Shown: positions 8,881 through 17,424 of the stretch, piece after piece
Layout of the letters: every line of letters begins with the position of its first letter
Numbering within the stretch: position 1 is the first letter of the stretch
NCBI GenBank assembly: GCA_964291495.2
Contig: OZ219871.1
Coordinates: 1,472,001 to 1,536,000, forward strand
DNA length: 64,000 bases
Direction of reading: 5' to 3'
Origin: Dehalococcoidia bacterium
GTDB taxonomy: Bacteria; Chloroflexota; Dehalococcoidia; UBA2979
The notes under the pieces: generated by a model
The model's database searches: none
The model's input: the letters and a program-made list of their open reading frames with translations, nothing else
Told to the model about the DNA's origin: nothing
Translations under genes and position numbers: made by a program

Positions 8881-10209
8881 TCAGTTCATATCCGCGAACA
8901 TCGGGTCGTCGTCGACCGAGTACTCGTAGGGCTTGAGCTCCTCGGGCGGGGTCGTGGCGAGGCTGATCGGCACGTCGACCTCGAAGGGGCCCTTGAGGTC
9001 GAGCTCCTCGGCCATCTCGCGCATGGCGGGGATGACGTGCTTCCCGATCAGCTCGATGTTGCGCATGTTGTCGCGGTGGCTGATGTGGCCGTCGGTGGCG
9101 TAGAAGCTGACGATGCCGGGCCGCGTCTGCTCGAGGACCTTGCGCAGCTGCGCGATCGCGTGGTCCGGGTCGCCCATGATCCAGGTCAGGTCGTCGAGGT
9201 GCTTCTGCAGCGTGGCCCCGGTGTCGGCGCCGCCGCCGGCGGAGCGCAGCCCCTTGGCGCCGGCGCGCTGGTTGTTGCGGGCCACGGCGCCGCGCCGCCT
9301 GGCGAGCGCGGCCGGCGAGTCCGGCGCGCCCCAGAGGTAGCCCGAGGGCGAGCTCCAGACCGGGTGGCCGAGGCCGGTGAACTCGCCCGCCATCCACATG
9401 AACTCGCGCGCGTTGCGCATCGCGTGCTCCATCGTGTCCTGCACGTGGAAGTGGATGGTCTGGCCGAAGTTCCAGGTGCCGACCTCGTAGCCCTTCTCGG
9501 CGGCGACCTCCTTGTAGGTGCCCATGATCCGCTTCTGCGCGCGCTCGTCCGTGCCGAGACCGATGTAGGGGTAGCGGTGCGCCGCCGCCCACTGCACGGT
9601 CTCGAGGCTCGACGTGCCGGGCACCCAGATGCGCGGGTGCGGCTTCTGCATCGGCAGCGCCCATGGGTTGACGACGCGGAAGTGGTACTGGTCGCCTTCC
9701 CAGCGGAACGGTCCGGGCGTGGTCCAGGTCTTGATGATCAGGTCGTGCGCCTCCTCGAGGCGGTCACGGTTGTAGGCGGGGTTGGCGTTCATCGCGAACT
9801 GCTCGGTGCCGCCGCCACGGATCAGGCCGGGCACGAGGCGACCCTGCGAGATCATGTCGATCATGCCGAGCTCCTCGGCGGTGGCGACGGGGTTGTCGCG
9901 CAGCGGCAGCGGCACGCCGAGCAGCACGATCTTCACGTTGTTGGTGACGGCCGCGAGGATCGAGGCCCAGATCTGGATTTGCGGCTGCATGCAGAACGGC
10001 GCGTTGTGGTGCTCGTTGAGCATGATGCCGTCGAAGCCGACCTCGTCGACGAGCTGGTACTCGGCGAGGCGGTCCTGGTAGATCTGGCTGCCCGCATCGG
10101 AGTCGTAGAACTCGTTGGAAAAGCGCAGCACGGTCAGGCCGTCGCGCTTGCGGGCCTCCTCCTCCGGATAGGCGGACATCGGCTGCTCGGTGAAGTACAT
10201 GATGAACAT
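8881..10209 (-). CDS. LLM class flavin-dependent oxidoreductase
   Basis: ATG 10209 (MFIMYF); GFDGIMLNEHH, AEELGMIDMISQGRL, QKPHPRIW. Confidence 0.9.
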   Translation of the reverse strand: MFIMYFTEQPMSAYPEEEARKRDGLTVLRFSNEFYDSDAGSQIYQDRLAEYQLVDEVGFDGIMLNEHHNAPFCMQPQIQIWASILAAVTNNVKIVLLGVPLPLRDNPVATAEELGMIDMISQGRLVPGLIRGGGTEQFAMNANPAYNRDRLEEAHDLIIKTWTTPGPFRWEGDQYHFRVVNPWALPMQKPHPRIWVPGTSSLETVQWAAAHRYPYIGLGTDERAQKRIMGTYKEVAAEKGYEVGTWNFGQTIHFHVQDTMEHAMRNAREFMWMAGEFTGLGHPVWSSPSGYLWGAPDSPAALARRRGAVARNNQRAGAKGLRSAGGGADTGATLQKHLDDLTWIMGDPDHAIAQLRKVLEQTRPGIVSFYATDGHISHRDNMRNIELIGKHVIPAMREMAEELDLKGPFEVDVPISLATTPPEELKPYEYSVDDDPMFADMN

Positions 10210-10365
10210 CGGCGGTTCCCCGTTCGGTGCTCGCAGCGCGCCGCTCCGGCGCATCCGGGGGAGCATACCAGCACAACGCCTTTCGATCGGCGATGCCGGA
10301 GCGGCCGAGGTGGTGAAGCGTCCCTCGCGCGGTACCCTTCCTACGGACGCGATTCGGGGTGCGGT

Positions 10366-10632
10366 GTGTCGAAGGTCTGGCAGGGGGTGCGCCGAGCCGT
10401 CGTCGACCTACTCGTGGGCTTTCGCACCACCTACCTCAACTTCCGCAACTACGATGCGCCGCTGTCGGTGAAGTGGCGGCTCGTCTGGCGTAACAACTGG
10501 ATCAAGGCGCGCACCTTCTCCCTGTGCTGCGGCAACCTCGGCGAGCCCGGCTGCTGACGGGACGTCGAGGAGCCCCGTGAGGGCTCGGAAGACCACCACC
10601 ACGATCATCCGGACCACCCGCACCACCACTAG
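10366..10632 (+). CDS. Small protein copy 1, putative selenoprotein (TGA at 10555-10557 read as Sec; 63 aa if it is a stop, 88 aa with readthrough)
   Basis: GTG 10366; ...CCGNLGEPGC-TGA-RDVEEPREGSEDHHHDHPDHPHHH-TAG; paralog starts exactly 330 nt downstream. Confidence 0.7.
10570..10586 (+). promoter_or_regulatory. Candidate SECIS hairpin, copy 1
   Basis: GAGCCC-CGTGA-GGGCTC stem-loop starting 12 nt after the TGA; identical in copy 2. Confidence 0.6.
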
Positions 10633-10695
10633 CGACGCCGAATCCGGGGGTCGAGGCGCTACCCTGTAGGGGCGAGGGCCGACCGGAGGTACCGC

Positions 10696-10953
10696 GTGCT
10701 GAACCCCTGGCGTTGGCTACGCCGCCTCGTCGCCGGCACCGTGAGGAGTTGGCGCACGACGTACGTCAACTTCCGCGACTACGACGCGCCGTTCCTCGTG
10801 AAGGTCGGCCTCTTCGCCCGCAACAAGTGGACGATGGCGCGCACGCTCTCGATGTGCTGCGGCAACCTCGGCGAGCCCGGCTGCTGAAGCGACTCCGGCG
10901 AGCCCCGTGAGGGCTCGGAGCACCACCACCACGACCATTCGCACCCGCACTAG
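10696..10953 (+). CDS. Small protein copy 2, putative selenoprotein (TGA at 10885-10887 read as Sec; 63 aa if it is a stop, 85 aa with readthrough)
   Basis: RBS GGAGGT then GTG; ...CCGNLGEPGC-TGA-SDSGEPREGSEHHHHDHSHPH-TAG. Confidence 0.75.
10900..10916 (+). promoter_or_regulatory. Candidate SECIS hairpin, copy 2
   Basis: GAGCCC-CGTGA-GGGCTC 12 nt after the TGA; stem can extend through CTCC/GGAG pairing. Confidence 0.6.
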
Positions 10954-10972
10954 CCCGCGCTGGCGCGCGGCG

Positions 10973-11158
10973 CCCCGCACCCCCACCCTCTCCCGCGAGG
11001 GGAGAGGGGGCCGGATCCCCTCCCCGTCATTCCGGCAAAGAGCCGGAATCCAGTTGGCCCGCCGGCCTGGCTGCCGCCTCGCTGGGTCGGCGCCCTCGGA
11101 AGCTCCGGCGTGCGCCTCCCTCACCCCCACCCTCTCCCTCGGGGGGAGAGGGGGCCGG
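10973..11158. repeat. Repeat cluster A-B-A
   Basis: Family A at ~10973 and ~11118; family B variant at 11025-11052. Confidence 0.85.
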
Positions 11159-11251
11159 AGGGTGCCTCGCGCCGGCACGCCGTGTGGCAGCGGCGGCTGG
11201 GGTCGTGTAGCGTCCGCTCGCGCCCGATCGCGCGCATCGAGGGGGTACGAG

Positions 11252-12337
11252 ATGAAAGCAGCAGTCTTCCACGGCGTGCACCAGCCGCTCACCATCGAGA
11301 ACATCGACGTCGACGAGCCGCGTGACTACGAGGTGCTGGTGCGCACCACCGCGGCGGGCGTCTGCCACTCCGAGCTGCACATGGTCGAGGGCCACTCGCC
11401 CGTCCCGCCGCCCGCCGTGCTCGGCCACGAGTCCGCGGGCGTCGTCGAGCGCGTCGGCAGCCGCGTGAGCTACGTCCAGCCGGGCGATCACGTGATCGCC
11501 CGCGGCACGTTCTGCGGCCACTGCGAGATGTGCCTGACCGGCCACCTCAACGTCTGCACGAACCGACCCGGCCGCGCCAGTGACGACGATCCGGTGATGT
11601 CCTGGAACGGCCAGCGCCTCAACCAGTGGGGCTCCAACATCTTCGGCTGGTCGGAGCAGATGCTGCTGCACGAGAACGGCGTGGTGAAGATCGCCCCGGA
11701 GATGCCGCTCGACGCCGCCGCGCTGCTCGGCTGCGCCGTGATCACCGGCTTCGGCGCCGTCATGCGCACCGCGCAGGTCGAGGCGGGAACCTCGATCGCC
11801 GTCTTCGGCTGCGGCGGCATCGGCCTGTCCGCCATCCAGGGCGGCCTCGTCTCCGGCTGCCAGCGCGTGATCGCCGTCGACCTGCTCGACTCCAAGCTCG
11901 AGGTCGCCCGTGAGTTCGGCGCGACCCACACCGTGAACGCCTCGAACGAGGATCCCGTCGCCGCGATCCGCGCGATCGCGGACGGCGAGGGTGTGCACTA
12001 CTCGTTCGACGCGATCGGGCTGGCGACGGTGGCGATGCAGGCCCTCGACTGCCTGCGCCCGCAGGGGACCGCGACGCTGATCGGCGTGATCCCGGAGGAG
12101 ACGCCGCTTACCTTCGGCTGGCGGCGGCTTGGCGGCGAGAAGCGCATCCAGGGCTGCATGATGGGCTCGAACCGCTTCCGCATGGACCTGCCAATGCTCG
12201 TCGACCTCTACATGCAGGGCCGGCTCAAGCTCGACGAGATGATCACCACGCGCGGCTCGCTCGAGGACGTCAACGACTTCCTGGAGATCATGAAGGGCGG
12301 CGCCGTCACCCGGCAGGTGATGATGATGGACTCGTAG
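11252..12337 (+). CDS. Zn-dependent alcohol dehydrogenase (MDR family)
   Basis: ATG 11252; GVCHS, LGHE, CGHCEMC..G..N.C, GCGGIG. Confidence 0.93.
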   Translation: MKAAVFHGVHQPLTIENIDVDEPRDYEVLVRTTAAGVCHSELHMVEGHSPVPPPAVLGHESAGVVERVGSRVSYVQPGDHVIARGTFCGHCEMCLTGHLNVCTNRPGRASDDDPVMSWNGQRLNQWGSNIFGWSEQMLLHENGVVKIAPEMPLDAAALLGCAVITGFGAVMRTAQVEAGTSIAVFGCGGIGLSAIQGGLVSGCQRVIAVDLLDSKLEVAREFGATHTVNASNEDPVAAIRAIADGEGVHYSFDAIGLATVAMQALDCLRPQGTATLIGVIPEETPLTFGWRRLGGEKRIQGCMMGSNRFRMDLPMLVDLYMQGRLKLDEMITTRGSLEDVNDFLEIMKGGAVTRQVMMMDS

Positions 12338-12344
12338 CGCCCGT

Positions 12345-12384
12345 CCGGTCCCCTCTCCCCGAGGGAGAGGGCGGAGGGTGAGGG
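12345..12384. repeat. Family-A repeat between convergent genes
   Basis: CCGGTCCCCTCTCCCCGAGGGAGAGGGCGGAGGGTGAGGG. Confidence 0.85.
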
Positions 12385-12442
12385 CCAGTCCCGTCCCCGA
12401 CGAGGAGGCTGGCGGCGGACCAGAATCGGGCGGCCCCGTGAC

Positions 12443-13732
12443 CTACCGTTCCGCCGCCCGCTCACAGGCGCGCGCGATCCGCGCCGCGGCTTCCTCGAGG
12501 TCCTCGACGCTCGCCGTCGACCAGGCGAGGCGGATGCAGTCGCCGCCGGGGTCGTCGCCGCGCTCCGCGTGGTCGGGGAAGAAGGCGCGGCCGACCGGGA
12601 ACACGACGCCCTCGGCGAGCGCCTCGCGCTGCACGGCGTCCGCGCTCAGGCCGTCGCGCAGCCGCACCCAGAGGAAGAACCCGCCTCGAGGGCTGCGGAA
12701 CTCGGCATACGGCTCGGCGAACTCACGGAACCCGCGCTGCAGCGCCTCGGCCTTGCGCGCGTAGAGCGGGCGCATGCGGGCGACATGGTCCGCGTAGCCG
12801 CCGTCCTCGATGAACGCGGCGATCATGCGATGCAGCAGCGGGCTGCCGCCCATATCGAAGCGCATGCGCGTGAAGCGCTCGATCAGCTCCGGCTCCGCCT
12901 GTACCCAGCCGACGCGCAGCCCTGTCGCGATCGTCTTGGAGAACGTGCCGACGGTGATCACGCCGCGCCCGCCGGCCAGCGCAGCCAGCGAGGGCAGTCG
13001 TGCCTCGTCGAAGTGGATCTCGCCGTAGGGGTCGTCGTCGAGCAGCAACGCACCGTGCTCCGCGGCGAGCCGCACCAGCTCGCGTCGCCGATCGAGCGCG
13101 AGCGAGGCGCCGGTCGGGTTGTGGAAGTTGGAAATGGTGTACACCAGCTTGGCGCGCTGGCCCTCCGCCTCGATCCTCGCCAGCGTCGCGGCGAGGGCGT
13201 CCGTACGCCAGCCGTCCTCGTCCACCGGCACGGTCACGATCGAGGCTCCGTGGCCGCGGAAGGTGCGCATCGTGCCGGAGAAGGTCGGCGACTCGCTGAC
13301 GACGATGTCGCCGCGGTCGAGCAGCGCGGCGCAGACGAGCGCGATGCCACCCGCCGAGCCGTTGGTGAGCATGAAGTGGTCGGCAGTAGCAAGCAGGCCC
13401 GGCTCGCTCGCCGAGCGCTCCGCGAGCTGCTCGCGCAGTCCTTCGAAGCCGAGCCCGCCGCCGTAGGTGAGCGCGCCGTCGTCGTCGCTCGTGAGCGCCC
13501 GGCCGAGCGCTTCGCGCAGCGCCGCCTTCGGGAGCGTCACGGGGTCCGGGATGCCGCCGGCGAGGCTGATCGCCTCGCCGCGGCTGGCGAGTTCCCAGGC
13601 GCTGGCCGGGAGGCCCCAGTCGGTCGCCGTGCCGGGGCTGAGTTCGCGCGCGCCGCTGCTGAGCAGCGCCTCGGGGTCGCGTCCGGCCCAGAGGCGCGCC
13701 GCCGCCGCGGCGACGTCGCCCTCGCGGCTCAC
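12443..13732 (-). CDS. PLP-dependent aminotransferase class I/II (LysN/ARO8-like)
   Basis: ISLAGGIPD, NFHNPTG, DDPYGEI, GTFSKTIATGLRVGW. Confidence 0.9.
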   Translation of the reverse strand: MSREGDVAAAAARLWAGRDPEALLSSGARELSPGTATDWGLPASAWELASRGEAISLAGGIPDPVTLPKAALREALGRALTSDDDGALTYGGGLGFEGLREQLAERSASEPGLLATADHFMLTNGSAGGIALVCAALLDRGDIVVSESPTFSGTMRTFRGHGASIVTVPVDEDGWRTDALAATLARIEAEGQRAKLVYTISNFHNPTGASLALDRRRELVRLAAEHGALLLDDDPYGEIHFDEARLPSLAALAGGRGVITVGTFSKTIATGLRVGWVQAEPELIERFTRMRFDMGGSPLLHRMIAAFIEDGGYADHVARMRPLYARKAEALQRGFREFAEPYAEFRSPRGGFFLWVRLRDGLSADAVQREALAEGVVFPVGRAFFPDHAERGDDPGGDCIRLAWSTASVEDLEEAAARIARACERAAER

Positions 13733-14265
13733 GAGGCCGCGTCCTCCTCGTCGTCGAAGACGAGCGAAGGCTCGTGCACGCCGAGCACGACGATCTCGTC
13801 GCCGGCGGAGATGCGCCCGCCCTCGAGCACGCGCGCGCGGATCCCGCCGCGCCCGACGAGCGCGCGCAGCAGCCCCGGCCGCTCGAGCAGATCCTGCAGG
13901 TAGTTGCAGGGGTCGCAGGGCAGCATCCCCGCCAGCCGCGCCTCGCCGATGCGGAACTCGAGGCCGAGCAGGCCCTGCAGTTGCACGCCGCGCGTCACCA
14001 GGTTGCGGCGCAGCAGGTGCGGCTCCAGGCCGAGGTCGTCGGCCGTCTCCGCCTCGATGATCGTCAGCTGCTGCTCGCGCCAGCGCGGGTCGCTCCAGTG
14101 ACCGCGGCGGGTCGCGTAGCGGTCGCCGAGGATGCCGACGCCGGGAATGACCTCGACCCGGTCGCGCCGTTGCATCGGCGCGCCGGCCTCGGTCGCCACG
14201 AAGATGCCGATGATGCCCGGCTGGTCGCTGTCGCTGCTCGCGGGGCCGCGTTCGGCGGTGGTCAT
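13729..14265 (-). CDS. MOSC domain protein
   Basis: GILGDRY, RRNLVTRG, CDPC, RGGIRARVLEGG.I..GD. Confidence 0.85.
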   Translation of the reverse strand: MTTAERGPASSDSDQPGIIGIFVATEAGAPMQRRDRVEVIPGVGILGDRYATRRGHWSDPRWREQQLTIIEAETADDLGLEPHLLRRNLVTRGVQLQGLLGLEFRIGEARLAGMLPCDPCNYLQDLLERPGLLRALVGRGGIRARVLEGGRISAGDEIVVLGVHEPSLVFDDEEDAAS

Positions 14266-14331
14266 CGCCGCTCCTTCGCGCCTGCGAATGCTACACCCGC
14301 GGCGCGCTGTGGAAGACGCGGCGACGCGGCC

Positions 14332-15282
14332 CTACGGCGAGCCGGAGGCCGCCTCGCTCGGCGGGTGTTCGCTGTCCTCGGAGCCGCGCAACTGGCGCAG
14401 GAACGACTCGACGTCCTCGACCAGCTCCGGCGCGGCGGGCGCCTCGCTCGTGTCGATCGAGTCGAGCGGCGGGTGCATGTCGTCGTAGTTCTGCTCGAGC
14501 GTGTCGATGAAGCGGCCGAACTGGTCCGAGCGGACCCGCGCATCCTCGGCCTCGTCGTAGAGTTCGGCGATCTGCTCGTCGTAGACCGCGCTGTCGACCT
14601 CGGCGCCGAGGCCTTCGCCGATCGCCTTGATCAGCGCGCGTGAGGCGAAGGGGTGCGGCTCGACGGCGACGTAGAAGGGGGCGGCGGCAAGCAGGCTGGA
14701 GCTGCGCCAGCCGCGCTCCTCGCAGGCCACGGCGAGCGGCGTCGTGATCCCGGCCGGGCCCTCGTAGCTCCACGGCAGCGGCACGAGCCCGAACTGCGTC
14801 GCCAGCGCCGAGTCGCGCGAGTAGAGCTGCACGGGCAGCGGGCGCGAGTGTGGCGTCGCCGCGCGGTAGGCGCCGAGCATCAGCGACTCGCTGAGACCGA
14901 ATCGCTCCATCGCTGCGATGACCGCCTCGATGAACTCGCGCCAGCGCAGCTGCGGCTCCGAGCCCACGAGCAGCACGAGGTCGCGCTTCGCGCCCTCGGG
15001 ACGCGCGAGGTAGAACTCGTTGGCCGGCCAGTCGATGGCGCGCGTGCCCGGTGCGGCGTCCTCGTCCTCGAGGACGCGCACGCGCGGGCGGCGCACGGTG
15101 AAGTCGAAGAACGGCTGCGGGTCGACTACCGCGAGGGGCTCCGCCTCCCAGTGCTCCACGAGCTCGCGCAGCGCCTCGGCGGCGCTCGTGCCCCACGAGC
15201 CGCCAAAGCCGGCAATCAGCAGCGGATCGCGCAGCCCGGCCAGGTCCGGCAGTTGCTCTTCATAGCGGATGAGGTCGCTCAT
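14332..15282 (-). CDS. PAC2 family (proteasome assembly chaperone-like) protein
   Basis: DPQPFFDFTVRRP, WP..EFY, GSEPQLRWREF, PHSRP, YEGPAGI, ELVEDVESFLR. Confidence 0.88.
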   Translation of the reverse strand: MSDLIRYEEQLPDLAGLRDPLLIAGFGGSWGTSAAEALRELVEHWEAEPLAVVDPQPFFDFTVRRPRVRVLEDEDAAPGTRAIDWPANEFYLARPEGAKRDLVLLVGSEPQLRWREFIEAVIAAMERFGLSESLMLGAYRAATPHSRPLPVQLYSRDSALATQFGLVPLPWSYEGPAGITTPLAVACEERGWRSSSLLAAAPFYVAVEPHPFASRALIKAIGEGLGAEVDSAVYDEQIAELYDEAEDARVRSDQFGRFIDTLEQNYDDMHPPLDSIDTSEAPAAPELVEDVESFLRQLRGSEDSEHPPSEAASGSP

Positions 15283-15291
15283 GCATCGAGT

Positions 15292-15318
15292 TTAGCACTC
15301 TCACCGCGAGAGTGCTAA
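15292..15318. promoter_or_regulatory. CIRCE operator (HrcA binding site)
   Basis: Exact TTAGCACTC-N9-GAGTGCTAA, 9 bp upstream of the PAC2 start codon. Confidence 0.92.
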
Positions 15319-15334
15319 ACAGCGCGTGGCGCGG

Positions 15335-16048
15335 CTACGGCTCAGCCGCGCGCCCTCCCTGCGCATGGAGGAAGAACTCCGCCGTCGTGCGCACCTCGAA
15401 CTCCCAGCCGAGCGCGGCCAGCCGCTCACGCAACGCTCGAGGCTCGTAGTAGCGCTTCACGATCTCGAAGCGGCGGCCCCCGGCGATCTCGCGCAGCTCC
15501 GTCTCCGCCGCCTCGCCGGCGGCGCTCGCGCCGCTCGAACCGGTCGCCGCGGCCGAGTCGACGAAGAAGGCGCGCCCGCCCGGCATGAGCGCCGCATCGA
15601 CCAGCGCCCAGAAGGCGTCGAACCGCTCCTCCGGGACGTGCGAGAGCCAGAACCCGAAGAACACCTCGTCGTAACGGCGCTCCGGCGTCCACTCCCAGAG
15701 GTCGGCCTGGACGTAGCGCACGCGCTCCGCGCCCAGCCCGGCGGTCTCGACGCGCGCGCGGCAGCGCTCGAGCATCTCGCTCGAGGCGTCGACGGCCGTG
15801 ACCTCCTTCGCGCCCTCGGCGAGCTGCTGCGTCCACCAGCCGGTGCCGCAGGCGATCTCGAGGATGCGGCCGTGGGCGCCGAAGGCGGCGAGGGCGGCGC
15901 GCACCTCGTTCGTCTCGGCGATCCAGCGGCTGCGGAACTCGGGGCCGCGATCGTGGCGGCCGCTGCGCAGCCACCAGTCGTCGTACTCGGGCGCGCGGGC
16001 GTGGTAGTAGGCCTTCTGCTCTTCGAGGAGCCGGGTGGCGTCGGTCAT
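15335..16048 (-). CDS. Class I SAM-dependent methyltransferase
   Basis: ILEIACGTG, TAVDAS.EML, FWLSHVP, L.PGGR. Confidence 0.9.
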   Translation of the reverse strand: MTDATRLLEEQKAYYHARAPEYDDWWLRSGRHDRGPEFRSRWIAETNEVRAALAAFGAHGRILEIACGTGWWTQQLAEGAKEVTAVDASSEMLERCRARVETAGLGAERVRYVQADLWEWTPERRYDEVFFGFWLSHVPEERFDAFWALVDAALMPGGRAFFVDSAAATGSSGASAAGEAAETELREIAGGRRFEIVKRYYEPRALRERLAALGWEFEVRTTAEFFLHAQGGRAAEP

Positions 16049-16064
16049 CGGCGGCCTGCGGGGA

Positions 16065-16862
16065 CTAGGCCGCGCGGCGCTCGCGCACGGCCGCGACGAG
16101 TTGCGGCAGCACCTCGCCGGACGGTCCGCGCAGGATCACCGTCGCCCAGTCGCTCAGCGCCGTCGGCTCCGGGTCGATCTCGATCAGCGGCACGCCGCGT
16201 TGCGCGGCGAGCTGCGGGTAGTAGGCGACGGGATAGACCACCGCCGAGGTGCCCGCGAGCATGAACACGTCCGCGCGCGCGGTCTCCAGCTCGCAGCGTT
16301 GCAGGTGCGCCCCCGGAACCGGCTCGCCGAAGCCGACGCTGTCCGTCTTCACGGGGCTGCCGCAACCGGGCTCGGGGCACCAGGGGGGCAGCGCCTCCGG
16401 GTCGACGGCGAGGTCGTCCTCGTGCCAGCGCCCGCCGCAGGCGGGGCAGCGCAGCCAGTAGATGTTGCCGTGCACCTCGGTCAGCGAGGTGGTGCCCGCC
16501 TGGCGATGCAGGTCGTCGCCGTTCTGGGTGATGACGTGGCGCAGGATGCCCATCGCCTCGAGTTCGGCCATCGCGTAGTGGCCGGCGTTGGGCTCGGCGG
16601 CGTGGAGCTTGTCCATCAGGTCCTGGATGTCGGGGTCGCGCTCGCCGAAGAGCCGCTCTTTCCACCAGCCCTCCGGGTCGCTGAGGAAGCGCTCGAAACC
16701 GTCGGCGCGCGGCTCGCCGATCTTGGTCCAGAGTCCGCTCTTGCCTCGGAAGGTGGGCACGCCCGATTCGTGCGACACACCCGCGCCGGTGAGCGCGACC
16801 GCGTAGGAGGAATCGGCGAGGAGATCGGCGGCTCGCGCCAGCGCTGCGGGATCAACTGTCAT
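16065..16862 (-). CDS. cobB: Sir2-family NAD-dependent protein deacylase
   Basis: TGAGVSHESGVPTFRG, ITQN.D.LH, EVHG, two Cys pairs, GTSAVVYP. Confidence 0.9.
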   Translation of the reverse strand: MTVDPAALARAADLLADSSYAVALTGAGVSHESGVPTFRGKSGLWTKIGEPRADGFERFLSDPEGWWKERLFGERDPDIQDLMDKLHAAEPNAGHYAMAELEAMGILRHVITQNGDDLHRQAGTTSLTEVHGNIYWLRCPACGGRWHEDDLAVDPEALPPWCPEPGCGSPVKTDSVGFGEPVPGAHLQRCELETARADVFMLAGTSAVVYPVAYYPQLAAQRGVPLIEIDPEPTALSDWATVILRGPSGEVLPQLVAAVRERRAA

Positions 16863-17039
16863 GGGCGCTATCGTAGCCGCTTTGCGCAAGTCGTGCAGTG
16901 GCTCCGAAACGCGGTATCAATCCTGCTGGATAGCGTGGTGTTCGCAGCAGAACTTGATGCATGGTCTGGATCGATCCATTGGATGCGAGTAGGATATGCA
17001 CATTCGGGAGATGAACTGTTAACGAAAGGTGTGTTGCAG

Positions 17040-17294
17040 GTGGCGATCTTTACCCCGAAAGAAGCGTCCGAGGTGCTCATTGGTCGCGAGCGTGCATCGG
17101 CTCGTGAACGCCAGATGTACGTTGAGGCGTTGCAGGGTTCCGAAGCAGGCATGATCGAGTTGTCCCGAGGCGAGAAGGCGTCGCGCGTCAAGCGCCTGCT
17201 TGCCGAGGCATCGAAGGAGACCGGGATTCGTGTCCGCTCCACGTGGGAGGACAAGAACCAGAAGGTGCTGCTCTGGAAGCGAGTCGGCAGCTAA
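17040..17294 (+). CDS. Small hypothetical protein, 84 aa
   Basis: GTG 17040 after AAAGG; MAIFTPKEASEVLIGRE...LLWKRVGS; lower GC than flanks; followed by terminator. Confidence 0.7.
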   Translation: MAIFTPKEASEVLIGRERASARERQMYVEALQGSEAGMIELSRGEKASRVKRLLAEASKETGIRVRSTWEDKNQKVLLWKRVGS

Positions 17295-17356
17295 CTCCCC
17301 GCTCTCCGTGCAGCGGGCCTTGAACGCGCCCTGACCGGCGCTTGAGGACACAAGAA

Positions 17357-17392
17357 GAACCGGCCACCAATCGGTGGCCGGTTCCTTTGTTT
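17357..17392 (+). terminator. Intrinsic terminator
   Basis: GAACCGGCCACC-AATC-GGTGGCCGGTTC 12-bp stem followed by CTTTGTTT. Confidence 0.8.
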
Positions 17393-17424
17393 CCAGTGGC
17401 CCGCGAGGGCCTGTCCGGATTCGG

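Noticed and set aside
10570-10916. Hairpins after the CCGNLGEPGC ORFs as terminators
   Set aside because: No U-tract, and they lie in a conserved open frame leading to His-rich codons.
10907-11251. N-terminal extension of the alcohol dehydrogenase given in the ORF track
   Set aside because: It spans the repeat cluster; the real start is ATG 11252 after GAGGGGG.
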